A stretch of DNA of 64,000 nt from an uncultured Bacillota bacterium (GTDB taxonomy: Bacteria > Bacillota_I > Bacilli_A > RFN20 > CAG-826), in NCBI GenBank assembly GCA_937876465.1, contig CALEHV010000043.1:3198-67197 (forward strand), in the 5' to 3' direction. Position 1 is the stretch's first letter; every line of letters begins with the position of its first letter. Shown here piece after piece: positions 1 through 9,916 of the stretch. The translations under genes were made by a program, and so were the position numbers. The notes under the pieces were generated by a model, which saw only the letters and a list, made by a program, of their open reading frames with translations, was not told where the DNA came from and searched no databases.

Positions 1-795
1 CAACAATTATTTGCTGGATTTAGCGGTGGAAACTCTGCAGTTGTTACCATCTTCTTTAAAGTATTAGGATGGACGCTTTTATGGGCTTTAATCGCTACAT
101 TTACAAACTATTTCTTAGGAATGGTTGTTGCATTATTAATTAATAAAAAAGGAATTAAACTTAAAAAGTTATGGAGAACCATTTTGATTTTAACAATCGC
201 GGTTCCTCAGTTCGTTTCGTTGTTATTAATTAATAGAATGCTTTCCAATACTGGTTTGTTAACTAGATTATTTACCGATTGGGGTTGGATTGCTAAAAAC
301 TCATCTCCCTTTGATAACGTCTTATTAGGTAGAACATTAATCGTTATTGTTAATATGTGGGTTGGTGTTCCATACACAATGTTAATTTGCTCAGGTATTC
401 TTATGAATATTCCTGAAGATTTATATGAATCTGCACGTATTGATGGCGCATCAACATTTAAGATGTACACATCAATTACACTTCCATATATGTTATTTAT
501 TACTCTGCCTTACTTGATAAGCCAGTTTGTCGGTAATATTAATAACTTCAATATCATTTATCTCTTATCTCAAGGTGCACCAAAATTTGCTGCAAATATT
601 CCATCTTCTTACGGAGATGTTGGTGAAACCGATTTACTTATTACTTGGATTTATAAGATGTCCATGTCTGGAGACGAAAAGAACTATGCTGTTGCATGTG
701 TTCTTGGCGTTTTAGTCTTCATTGTTATTGCTGTAATATCATTGATATTCTATGGCCGTAGCAATTCAGTTAAGAACGAGGAGGATTTCCAATAA
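1..795 (+). CDS. Carbohydrate (maltodextrin-type) ABC transporter permease, MalF-like; 5' end cut by the window edge
   Basis: Frame 1 is open from base 1 with no stop before the listed ORF. Multiple hydrophobic helices. Permease EAA-loop motif ESARIDGASTFKMYTSITLPYM. Stop overlaps the next start (ATAATG at 795). Confidence 0.85.
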   Translation, partial: QQLFAGFSGGNSAVVTIFFKVLGWTLLWALIATFTNYFLGMVVALLINKKGIKLKKLWRTILILTIAVPQFVSLLLINRMLSNTGLLTRLFTDWGWIAKNSSPFDNVLLGRTLIVIVNMWVGVPYTMLICSGILMNIPEDLYESARIDGASTFKMYTSITLPYMLFITLPYLISQFVGNINNFNIIYLLSQGAPKFAANIPSSYGDVGETDLLITWIYKMSMSGDEKNYAVACVLGVLVFIVIAVISLIFYGRSNSVKNEEDFQ

Positions 796-1667
796 TGGCA
801 CAAGAAAAACATTATTCAAGCAAACGTTTTGCTGAGAAGTCCAGCCGTGTTTTAGTTTACGTTATCTTAACTGCAATTTCGGTTGTTTGGATTTTCCCAT
901 TCATTTATTTGATTTTCCAATCATTCGTCAAAGTTCCTAACCCATCCTCAATTTTCCCAGGAGCAGGTAACTGGACACTTGATAACTATGCAGCATTATT
1001 TACAAATTCATTAACTCCATTCTTCTCATGGTGGATCAATACATTTGTTATTGCATTTGCAACTGCTGCTCTTCAAACAATCTTAGTTTTAATGACATCA
1101 TATGCATTATCAAGATTAAGATTTAACGGAAGACAAGGATTAATGAAATTAATTCTTATCTTAGGTATGTTCCCGGGATTCCTTGGAATGCTTGTTATTT
1201 ATTACATATTGAGATTGCTTGGTCTTAATACATCTATTTATTCGTTAATTATCGTATATGCGGCTTCGAGCGCGATGAGTTATTACGTTGCAAAAGGATT
1301 CTTTGATACAATCCCGAAAGCTCTTGATGAAGCTGTCTTAATTGATGGTGGTACAAAGAATACAGTTTTCTGGAGAATCATTCTTCCACTTTCAAAACCA
1401 ATTATTATTTATACAATTCTTGTTTCATTTACAGGTCCTTGGGGCGACTTTATGTTTGGTAAATACATTGCAGTCGCTGGTGGACTTCAACCTGATCAAT
1501 ATACAGTTGCAGTTGGACTTCAATATTTAACTGAATCAGATCCAACTCAATTCTATGGAATATTCTGCGCAGGCGCAGTACTTGTTTCCATTCCAATTAC
1601 CGCGTTATTCTTCTGGTTGCAACGTTATTACGTTGAAGGAATTGCCGGTGGTGCGGTTAAAGGATAA
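795..1667 (+). CDS. Carbohydrate ABC transporter permease, MalG-like
   Basis: 290 aa and polytopic. EAA-loop motif LDEAVLIDGGTKNTVFWRIILPLSKP. Translationally coupled to the upstream permease. Confidence 0.85.
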   Translation: MAQEKHYSSKRFAEKSSRVLVYVILTAISVVWIFPFIYLIFQSFVKVPNPSSIFPGAGNWTLDNYAALFTNSLTPFFSWWINTFVIAFATAALQTILVLMTSYALSRLRFNGRQGLMKLILILGMFPGFLGMLVIYYILRLLGLNTSIYSLIIVYAASSAMSYYVAKGFFDTIPKALDEAVLIDGGTKNTVFWRIILPLSKPIIIYTILVSFTGPWGDFMFGKYIAVAGGLQPDQYTVAVGLQYLTESDPTQFYGIFCAGAVLVSIPITALFFWLQRYYVEGIAGGAVKG

Positions 1668-1678
1668 AGGAGAAAATT

Positions 1679-4231
1679 ATGGCTTCACTAAAATTAGAAC
1701 ACATTTACAAAGTCTATTCGAACGGTCACAAAGCTGTTAGTGATTTTAACATGGACATTAAAGATGGTGAGTTTATTGTCTTCGTTGGTCCTTCTGGATG
1801 TGGTAAATCTACTACATTAAGAATGATTGCTGGACTTGAAGAAATTACATCTGGTGAACTTTATATCGGTGATACATTAGTTAACGATATGCAACCAAAG
1901 GATAGAGATATCGCCATGGTTTTCCAAAACTATGCTCTTTATCCTCATATGACTGTTTATGAAAACATGGCATTTGGTTTAACTTTGAGAAAAGTTCCAA
2001 GAACTGAGATTCACGAAAAGGTCATGTGGGCTGCAGAAGTCTTAGGACTTAAAGAATATTTAGACCGTAAACCAAAAGCTATGTCTGGTGGTCAAAGACA
2101 ACGTGTTAGCTTAGGACGTGCTATTTTACGTAATCCTAAGGTTATGCTTCTTGATGAACCATTAAGTAACCTTGATGCTAAGTTAAGAAGCCAAATGAGA
2201 AGCGAAATCTCAAAACTTCATCAACAATTAAAAACAACATTTATTTACGTTACTCACGACCAAGTCGAAGCTATGACTCTTGGTACAAGAGTAGTTGTTA
2301 TGAAATTAGGAAGAATTCAACAAATTGATTCTCCTCAAAATTTGTACGATCATCCAATTAACAAATTCGTTGCAGGATTCATTGGAACTCCTCAAATGAA
2401 CTTCTTTAACGTTACTTTAAAAGAAGAAAAAGACGGTATTGCAGTTAGATGGAATGATTGTGAACAAAAACCTCTTAAATTATCTTTTGATTCAGTTTTG
2501 AAAGCTGAAAAGAAATATCTTAATGGCGACAAAAACATTGTTCTTGGCTTTAGATGTGAAGCAGTTAGTGCAGAAGATGTTAAAGATGGCGACAATGTTG
2601 TCGATGTAGTTATCTCTCACTTTGAAGAACTTGGAAACGAAACACTTATTTATGGTGATTTAAAAGAAGTTTCCGGTTTAGGTGGAGAATCTACTACAGG
2701 AATTATTATTAAAGCATCCTCAAAGATGGGACATGTTCCTGGAGATGTTATTAAAGCAAAGATTGATGTATCAAAGATACATTTATTCGATGCAGAGACA
2801 GAAATGACAATTATTCCACCTGTCCCAGATCATAACGTTTTACCAGTTGAAATTATTAACGGAAAGATGAATTTGTTTGGCAATGAAACAAAACCAGATT
2901 CAATCCCTGTTGATATCTTACAAAAAGGAACAATTTCTATTCCTTTAAATGCTATTAAAGTCAATGAAGGAAAAGTTGAAGGTAAGATTGTTTTAGTTGA
3001 ACAACATAAAGACAAATATCTCGCTTTAGTTGAATCTAACGGAAAGAAATTATTCTTATTCGTTGACGAAAATGCAAAAGTGGGCGATAAGGTCACCTTC
3101 TCTATTGATTACTCGCGCGCAACATTTAAAGATGAAAATGAACAACTTGTTGCTTCACCTTTAATTGAAAAAGATGAATTAAATGCAACATTTGTTAACT
3201 TAAAGACTGCATATGAAGTAACTAAAAACGAACAATTTAATAAAATTAAAGATGAACGTGTAATAGCAGTTGAAGAAAAATATAAAGCAATTAAGGAAGA
3301 ATTCCAAAAAGAAAAAGAATCCAAGTTAGCTGAAGCAGTTGTTAAAGAACAAGCAAATGCATCTTTTGTTGCTACAAATAAGGCTAAGATGGATGAAGAG
3401 AATTCAAAACTTAGTGAAGAGCTTAAACAAGCCAAAGATGCTTATAAATCTGAAATGAAAGAAGCAAAAGCTAAACATAAAGCACTTGCTAAAGAAGAAC
3501 TTTCTAAGATTGAAGAACAATATAAGAAACTTTGGGCTAAAGAAAAAGAAGACTACAAGCAATCAATGCTTAAAAATAAGGATAAAGATTCTCGTCGTTC
3601 AAGAAGACTCTCATATCAAATTTTTAAAGAATCATTCCCTCAAATGAAGGCTAATGATTTAGAAAGAAAAGAAAATGCATTAGAGTTTGATAAAGAAACC
3701 GAAATCAACGCCTTAAAAGCTCGTTTTAATCAAAAGAAATCTCTTGTTAACGATTCAATTAAAGAAAACAAGAAGAAATTCATGTTAGAAAACTATCCTG
3801 CTAAAGCACTTGAAGCAGAATATAAAGATAAAGAAAAGAAAATGGCTAGGGAAGAAGCGGAAGAAATGCTTCGTGCTCAACTTATCTTCTTCTTTAAATT
3901 TGAAGACACATATCAAATTATTCCTGATGATATTACAAATAAGATCATTCAAGGTTTAGGAAACAAAGTTTTCACAAAAGTATTCCGTGTTGCAGTACCT
4001 CACGATTGTTTCATTGAAGTTGAAAAAGACGGTATTCCATTTAAGGTTGTATCTTTTGTTAACTACGGTGATACAAAGATGTATAAGTGTACAGGCGAAA
4101 TCTTTGGAGAAAAAGCTGTTGTTTATATCAAGAAAGAAAGAGAAATGGAACTTGGCTCAAACGTTTTGTTACTTCCATCCTTAAAGGATTCTGAAATTTA
4201 CGAAACAGAGCTCAATATTAGACTTTATTAA
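1679..4231 (+). CDS. Sugar ABC transporter ATP-binding protein (MalK/MsmK-like) with an approximately 480-aa C-terminal extension
   Basis: SD AAAGGAG upstream. Walker A GPSGCGKST, signature MSGGQRQRV, Walker B VMLLDEPLS, H-loop YVTHDQ. The ORF continues unbroken to 850 aa with a K/E-rich coiled-coil segment and extra OB/TOBE-like segments. Confidence 0.85.
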   Translation: MASLKLEHIYKVYSNGHKAVSDFNMDIKDGEFIVFVGPSGCGKSTTLRMIAGLEEITSGELYIGDTLVNDMQPKDRDIAMVFQNYALYPHMTVYENMAFGLTLRKVPRTEIHEKVMWAAEVLGLKEYLDRKPKAMSGGQRQRVSLGRAILRNPKVMLLDEPLSNLDAKLRSQMRSEISKLHQQLKTTFIYVTHDQVEAMTLGTRVVVMKLGRIQQIDSPQNLYDHPINKFVAGFIGTPQMNFFNVTLKEEKDGIAVRWNDCEQKPLKLSFDSVLKAEKKYLNGDKNIVLGFRCEAVSAEDVKDGDNVVDVVISHFEELGNETLIYGDLKEVSGLGGESTTGIIIKASSKMGHVPGDVIKAKIDVSKIHLFDAETEMTIIPPVPDHNVLPVEIINGKMNLFGNETKPDSIPVDILQKGTISIPLNAIKVNEGKVEGKIVLVEQHKDKYLALVESNGKKLFLFVDENAKVGDKVTFSIDYSRATFKDENEQLVASPLIEKDELNATFVNLKTAYEVTKNEQFNKIKDERVIAVEEKYKAIKEEFQKEKESKLAEAVVKEQANASFVATNKAKMDEENSKLSEELKQAKDAYKSEMKEAKAKHKALAKEELSKIEEQYKKLWAKEKEDYKQSMLKNKDKDSRRSRRLSYQIFKESFPQMKANDLERKENALEFDKETEINALKARFNQKKSLVNDSIKENKKKFMLENYPAKALEAEYKDKEKKMAREEAEEMLRAQLIFFFKFEDTYQIIPDDITNKIIQGLGNKVFTKVFRVAVPHDCFIEVEKDGIPFKVVSFVNYGDTKMYKCTGEIFGEKAVVYIKKEREMELGSNVLLLPSLKDSEIYETELNIRLY

Positions 4232-4233
4232 TT

Positions 4234-5034
4234 ATGAAAAAAGCTACTGGATTATTAATATTGTTACCATTGATGCTTGCCTCTTGCGGTAAGAATCATA
4301 CTGATTTTAATGTATTCAAAGAATACATTGATGGTATTGAAGTATCCACAGAACATCCATATTATCGTGTAAGAGGCTCATTAGATTTCAATAACTCTTT
4401 AATTGAAGTCGATTCTACATTTAATAAAAATCCTACAGGCGATAGTTATGTACCTTACGCAAGATACAATGAAGGATTTTATTGTGAAGCCGCAGGTGAC
4501 AATGTCGTTGATGACGAATCTGATGTAATTATTTATGCAATGTCAAGCCGCAGCTATTGGCTAAGAATGCCTCTTAAATTAGATAGAGAAAACTTCTTAC
4601 AATATTTAGATGATGATAGTGAAAACCCAACATGTGCTCACTACGCATTTACACATTTAATTACAGCTTGGATGGACGAAAGCGGTGCAGCAAATCCATC
4701 AAGTTGTTATCCGTATTTCGATTTGCTTCCTAATGGAGGTTTTGTAATTGGTGGAGATAAAGTTCACACCAAATTTACAATTGATAATTATCCATATTAT
4801 CCAGATCCTGCAGCTCATCCAGAAATTTTTGGACCAGATGTTTGGGATTTTGATATTAGACCACGTCCATCATATGATAACGTTGTTGATGCTAAAGTCG
4901 ACATTAGATTTGAATACGATAAAGATGGTTGGTTAGTAAAAGAAGAATTAACTAGTATTGGATATGATTATTCAGTTTCTAGTGATATTCAAGTTGCGCT
5001 CTACGCAGAATATACATACAAATTTTCGGAATGA
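4234..5034 (+). CDS. Predicted lipoprotein, function unknown
   Basis: N-terminus MKKATGLLILLPLMLASCGK (lipobox LASC). Starts 2 nt after the ATPase stop. Confidence 0.7.
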   Translation: MKKATGLLILLPLMLASCGKNHTDFNVFKEYIDGIEVSTEHPYYRVRGSLDFNNSLIEVDSTFNKNPTGDSYVPYARYNEGFYCEAAGDNVVDDESDVIIYAMSSRSYWLRMPLKLDRENFLQYLDDDSENPTCAHYAFTHLITAWMDESGAANPSSCYPYFDLLPNGGFVIGGDKVHTKFTIDNYPYYPDPAAHPEIFGPDVWDFDIRPRPSYDNVVDAKVDIRFEYDKDGWLVKEELTSIGYDYSVSSDIQVALYAEYTYKFSE

Positions 5035-5702
5035 AATTTAATAAGTTAATTTTAGTTATATTAGGAACTTCTTTACTTTCGTCTTGCACGATTCCTTTAA
5101 GAGCGGATTTAGATGAATTTGTATCTACTTTTTCAATTGAACAAGCATTTGAAGAATATAAAGAAGCAAAGTATGTTTCGACATGGAATATAGTTACCGA
5201 TAGCGAAACAAAAACTGAAACTGACGAGTTTTATATTAATGTCAAAGACATTAATAATATGCAATATCATAGATATGGTGAAACATTTGTTGACGATGTT
5301 TTAAGCAAAACAAAATATGAATGTTGCTATAAAGAAAACGATAAATATTATTACGAAAAAGAAGGTCAAAAAGTTGAATGTTTAGACACTCAAGTTTCTG
5401 GCCTAATTTCTGGTTTCTTTTACCAAGAAGTAATACAAGACGCTTATCATTCTGGTGGAATGTATTATGGCGACTTTATTTTAGACAATATTCGTAAAGC
5501 TCAAAACTTCTATAGTGTTGTAGATAATTTGCCTGGTACAAAGTCTTTAAAATATAGCTTTGAAGAACTTGATGAAAATAACGTTTATACCAAAATTACA
5601 TTTAATGTAAATAGGCTCGGAATGCTTGAAAATTATTCATATTCTGGTGATAACGGAACAATAAGAATTACTCAAGAAATTATTGTAGAAAATATCAAGT
5701 AA
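5031..5702 (+). CDS. Predicted lipoprotein, function unknown
   Basis: N-terminus MKFNKLILVILGTSLLSSCTI (lipobox LSSC). ATGA overlap with the upstream gene. Confidence 0.7.
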   Translation: MKFNKLILVILGTSLLSSCTIPLRADLDEFVSTFSIEQAFEEYKEAKYVSTWNIVTDSETKTETDEFYINVKDINNMQYHRYGETFVDDVLSKTKYECCYKENDKYYYEKEGQKVECLDTQVSGLISGFFYQEVIQDAYHSGGMYYGDFILDNIRKAQNFYSVVDNLPGTKSLKYSFEELDENNVYTKITFNVNRLGMLENYSYSGDNGTIRITQEIIVENIK

Positions 5703-5771
5703 AAACTTTCTACAAGTATATAAAATTAATTAATATTTTTTGAAATCTAGTTATTTAACTGATTTCATTAT

Positions 5772-5800
5772 TTGACTAATAAAAAATCAAAGTTTAAACT
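5772..5800 (+). promoter_or_regulatory. Candidate sigma-70-type internal promoter upstream of the amylase gene
   Basis: TTGACT (5772-5777), 17-nt spacer, TAAACT (5795-5800), inside the 132-nt gap before the 5835 start. The background is AT-rich, so this is weak evidence. Confidence 0.3.
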
Positions 5801-5834
5801 AATAGTATAACTATTAATCGTTAGGGAGAACTAT

Positions 5835-8800
5835 ATGAAAAAAAGCTTGATCGTTTCAATGCTCTTTTTGCCTTTATTGTTATGCGCGTGTAATGCACAA
5901 GAATATGAGGTTACCGAAAAAGAGGATGGAATTAGTGAATTCATGGTCACTAAAAAAACCATGTCACTTTCAATTGGACAATCTGAAGTCCTTTCAGCAT
6001 TTGCTCAAGTTGAAGGCGAACAACCAACTTATACTTTTACAGTCACAGGCGATCAGTCCGCAATTCAAATCTCAAGTCCTTACGATGATAATGGTTTTAA
6101 ATCCGTTTTAGTTACTGGTGTTGCAAAAGGAAATGCAAAAGTTGTTGTCAATGCAGGCAACCATTTTGCAATGTGTGATGTTACTGTTGGTGGAGGTTCG
6201 GGTGTAATTGTTCCTGTTGAATCTATTTCTCTTTCACCAAGTTCAAAAACTGCTTATGTTAGTGAAACAGAAACATCAAGTTTTGAAATCTATGCAACAG
6301 TTTTACCTCAAAACGCAACAAATAAAACAATTTCATGGTCAACAACTGATGAAACAATTGCATCTATTTCTGCTCAAGGTGAAGTAGGTTCTGTCGTATG
6401 TAAGAAAGCAGGAACTGCAACTATTAAAGCTAAAGCTGGAAATAAAGAAGCAAGTTGTGTTGTTACAGTTAAACAAAGAAGTGATTCTGATGAACTTGAA
6501 ATTACATTAGACAAACAAACAGCCTCATTAAAAGAAGGCGAGAATTTACAATTAAATGCAGATCTTAACAAAGAAGCAACAATTACATGGCAAAGCGATA
6601 AGCCTGCAGTTGCCTCAGTTAGTAATACTGGTTTTGTAAACGCATTATCTCAAGGAACTGCAACAATTTCCGCAACTGCAACTAATGGAACAGAAACCGA
6701 TACTGCAAGTTGTACAATCACTGTTACATCACAAGGTGGTGGATCAGATTATGAAAATGAAATTGCTCTTTGGTCAAAACCAGGACACTTATATTTACAC
6801 TATTTACGTGAAGACAAAAATTATGATCCATGGGCAGTTTGGATGTGGCAAAAACTTCCAAATGGCTTAGAAGGTTCTTTATGGGGTGCAACACATTGTC
6901 CTGAAACTGTTACATCAATGACAGACCATTGGATGACTAATGCTGAAGTTGGTAAATCTGGCAATGATGTCTATAGCGATTTATATGGTCAAGTTTGTGA
7001 TATTGATTTAACTAGAGACGATATTGTTGATGGAAAAGAAGGCGAACCATCTCCAATTATTCAAGATTGGGATAACCTCGCAAAAGCAAGAATCGGCTTC
7101 TTAATTGTTGATCAAAGTAAGATGGGTGGCGGTTCTCACTGGACAAGTGATGGTGGAATTGAAGCCTACATCAAAAACTTAGCTGAAAAATTCCCAGAAG
7201 GAAAAGAATCCTACTTACACATCTACTGTGTTTCTGGCTCAGTTGCATCATTTACATATTCAAGCGGTCAAAGCGTTGCTCCAAACCCAACTGCAACTGA
7301 TACAACAGGAAACTATCGTTCAAAGAATGATATTACCAATCTTAAACAAGATGCCTATAAAGCAGGCGTTAGTACTTCTCAAACATTCTTAGAAGATCGT
7401 CCAGGAACTGGATATCAAATCTTTGTTCCTTCATATGCCGACTCAGACGGAGACGGAATGGGCGACTTAAGAGGTATTATCAATAAACTTGATTATATTG
7501 AAGACCTTGGTGTTAAAGTTTTATGGTTAACTCCAATTCAAGAATCTGATTCATATCATGGATATGATGTTACAGATTACTATAAGATTGATTCTAAGTT
7601 TGGAACACTTGAAGACTATCAAGAATTGCTCTTTAAAGCACACCAAAAAGGCATGAAAGTTTTAATGGATATGGTTATTAACCATACATCAAAGAACAAT
7701 GTCTTATTTACAAAATCTCAAAGAGCTGAAGTTGAAGAAATAAACGGCAAGAAAATTAACTACCGTGATATGTATTTATGGAAATTCGAAGGTGATAAAG
7801 TCAGAGAATGGGATGGCGTTGTATCAGAGGTATCAACAACTCCAGCAACATATAAAAATATCAATGTTGAAGATAGTGAAGACTGGTACCGTGATGGTTC
7901 ATCTAAATACTATTACTTCGGTAAGTTTGGTAGTGGAATGGCTGAACTCAACTATTCAAATCAAGCTACTCGTGATTACATGACTGATATGTGTAAATAC
8001 TGGTTAAGTTTTGGCCTTGATGGCTTTAGACTTGACGCTATTAAGCATATTTATCTCTCCGCAGAACTTGATCCAGTTACTGCTAGTGCATATGCAAATG
8101 ACAACATTACATATGATGTTAGCTATCGTACCGCTTATGATGAACAAATTGGTGATTATGTCACAATGAAGAACGATTATTCATATGACCGTGACTTAAA
8201 CGTTATGTTCTGGAAGCAATTCTCAGGTGCTATTAAGTCTGCATATCCAAATTGTTACTTAGTTGGTGAAAACTTTGATGGATGGAACGAAAGAATTGCT
8301 CCATTCTATGAAGCTATTGATTCTCAATTTGACTTCTCAACTTACTATCATTTAAACGAACTTCAAGAAAGCTCAATTGGTAGTGATATCAAAGCAACAC
8401 TTTCTTATAACAAAGCAAAACGTTCAAATCATATTAATGGTGCATTTACTTCTAACCACGATATTGCACGTATGTTAAACCATGCGGGTGCAAATGGCGA
8501 TGCATCACATACAAGTGAAATCACAAATGCAAATAAGGAACTTGCAAATAATAGAGCAAGATACTTTGCTGCTACTACAATTCTCACTCCAGGTGTTAGC
8601 TGGATTTATTATGGTGATGAACTTGGAATGAGTGGAAACTTAAAAGATATAGTTACCGATTCCAAAGGAAATATTGTTGATGACCACGGAAATAACATCG
8701 ATAGATGGTACCGTCAACCAATGAGATGGGGAAGAGAGCAAGGAAAAGATAATGTCCCAATTTATATCTTCTCTGGCTTAGAGGTTAACTGGGATCTTTA

Positions 8801-9122
8801 TAACAGAAACTTAGCAACTGCAAGTGAACAACAAGTAGACAACAATTCTATGTTCAATCTCTTTAAATCAGCATGTACTGCTAAGAACGACCCAAGATAT
8901 CCAACATATGGTTATATCGATTGGTCAGGAACATGTGGTGCAGTTACTCAATCAGTTTCAATGCAAATCTCTGACGGAACTAGAACTGCTCGTGTATTTA
9001 TTAATAACACCGGCAGTCCAATAGATATTCCAGCAATGGATCAAGGTGAACTTATTGGTTCATCTTATGGAGGAACATCATCGAAAGTTCCTGCATATGG
9101 ATTCGTTGTTGTTAAAGGATAG
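5835..9122 (+). CDS. Lipoprotein-anchored GH13 alpha-amylase with N-terminal Big_2-like Ig repeats
   Basis: SD GGGAG. Lipobox LLLCAC. Repeated Big_2-like segments in aa 40-300. GH13 conserved regions DMVINHTS, GFRLDAIKH, LVGENFD, FTSNHD. Confidence 0.9.
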   Translation: MKKSLIVSMLFLPLLLCACNAQEYEVTEKEDGISEFMVTKKTMSLSIGQSEVLSAFAQVEGEQPTYTFTVTGDQSAIQISSPYDDNGFKSVLVTGVAKGNAKVVVNAGNHFAMCDVTVGGGSGVIVPVESISLSPSSKTAYVSETETSSFEIYATVLPQNATNKTISWSTTDETIASISAQGEVGSVVCKKAGTATIKAKAGNKEASCVVTVKQRSDSDELEITLDKQTASLKEGENLQLNADLNKEATITWQSDKPAVASVSNTGFVNALSQGTATISATATNGTETDTASCTITVTSQGGGSDYENEIALWSKPGHLYLHYLREDKNYDPWAVWMWQKLPNGLEGSLWGATHCPETVTSMTDHWMTNAEVGKSGNDVYSDLYGQVCDIDLTRDDIVDGKEGEPSPIIQDWDNLAKARIGFLIVDQSKMGGGSHWTSDGGIEAYIKNLAEKFPEGKESYLHIYCVSGSVASFTYSSGQSVAPNPTATDTTGNYRSKNDITNLKQDAYKAGVSTSQTFLEDRPGTGYQIFVPSYADSDGDGMGDLRGIINKLDYIEDLGVKVLWLTPIQESDSYHGYDVTDYYKIDSKFGTLEDYQELLFKAHQKGMKVLMDMVINHTSKNNVLFTKSQRAEVEEINGKKINYRDMYLWKFEGDKVREWDGVVSEVSTTPATYKNINVEDSEDWYRDGSSKYYYFGKFGSGMAELNYSNQATRDYMTDMCKYWLSFGLDGFRLDAIKHIYLSAELDPVTASAYANDNITYDVSYRTAYDEQIGDYVTMKNDYSYDRDLNVMFWKQFSGAIKSAYPNCYLVGENFDGWNERIAPFYEAIDSQFDFSTYYHLNELQESSIGSDIKATLSYNKAKRSNHINGAFTSNHDIARMLNHAGANGDASHTSEITNANKELANNRARYFAATTILTPGVSWIYYGDELGMSGNLKDIVTDSKGNIVDDHGNNIDRWYRQPMRWGREQGKDNVPIYIFSGLEVNWDLYNRNLATASEQQVDNNSMFNLFKSACTAKNDPRYPTYGYIDWSGTCGAVTQSVSMQISDGTRTARVFINNTGSPIDIPAMDQGELIGSSYGGTSSKVPAYGFVVVKG

Positions 9123-9134
9123 GAGGAAAGCAAA

Positions 9135-9902
9135 ATGAAGAAACGTAATTTATTAGTCTTATTACCTTTATTCGCTTTAGTAAGCTGCGTTCAGACAGAT
9201 GTTTTAGAAGCAGCTTATCTCATTTCAAATAAAGATGGCTTACCTACTATCGCAAAATCTGCAACTGCAGAACATTCTACTTATTTGATGATGTCTCGTT
9301 ATGGATATTTATCAATTGGTGGAGAAGATATTTATCCTGGCGTTATTGCTGATAAATTTATTGAAAATGTCATTGAATGGAAAACTGAAGCAGGTGGAGA
9401 CCTTCCATCAGTTTCAAGTGTTCATTCAACTGTAAGTGGAGTCACATTTAGAGGTTGGGCTCAATATAACGGAAATGTATATCCTGATTATTTGGACAAA
9501 GTCCCATCTGTTTCAGGACAATTTGTTTACGCAATTTTTGATGGTCCAACTGGTGGTGGCGGTTCCGGCGGTGGCGGAGAAGAAACAGTTATTAATTTCA
9601 CTGTTACTGATATGCCAACTTGGGTAAAAGATGACGGCTGCGTTATCTTTGCTTGGGCTTGGGGTGCTACTGACAATGGATCATGGAAAGCATTAACTTA
9701 CACTTCAGATACAAGTGCAACTTTTGATGCACCAAATGATACTACTGGATTCCTTCTTGCTCGTTGTAAAGAAGGTACAGTAACTCCAGACTGGAATATT
9801 CATACTGATGTAGCTGGTAGAATTTATAACCAAACTGAAGATATTAGTGTCACTTCCGGAACAACAAGCTATGCTTGTTCTTCATGGAAAGAATATCACT
9901 AG
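9135..9902 (+). CDS. Predicted lipoprotein with a poly-Gly linker; possible glycan-binding accessory protein
   Basis: SD AGGAGG. Lipobox ALVSC. GGGGSGGGG linker in the middle. Lies in the operon between the amylase and pullulanase genes. Confidence 0.65.
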   Translation: MKKRNLLVLLPLFALVSCVQTDVLEAAYLISNKDGLPTIAKSATAEHSTYLMMSRYGYLSIGGEDIYPGVIADKFIENVIEWKTEAGGDLPSVSSVHSTVSGVTFRGWAQYNGNVYPDYLDKVPSVSGQFVYAIFDGPTGGGGSGGGGEETVINFTVTDMPTWVKDDGCVIFAWAWGATDNGSWKALTYTSDTSATFDAPNDTTGFLLARCKEGTVTPDWNIHTDVAGRIYNQTEDISVTSGTTSYACSSWKEYH

Positions 9903-9916
9903 AAAGGGGCGCACAA

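Noticed and set aside
9875-9916. The upstream start at 9875 for the pullulanase. The same question arises for the starts at 14028, 17033, 22783, 23268 and 61473 of their respective genes.
   Set aside because: Internal ATGs give canonical signal or lipobox N-termini, or conserved N-termini (MIILASQSPRR for Maf). They also have better SD or coupling geometry. The extensions overlap upstream genes.
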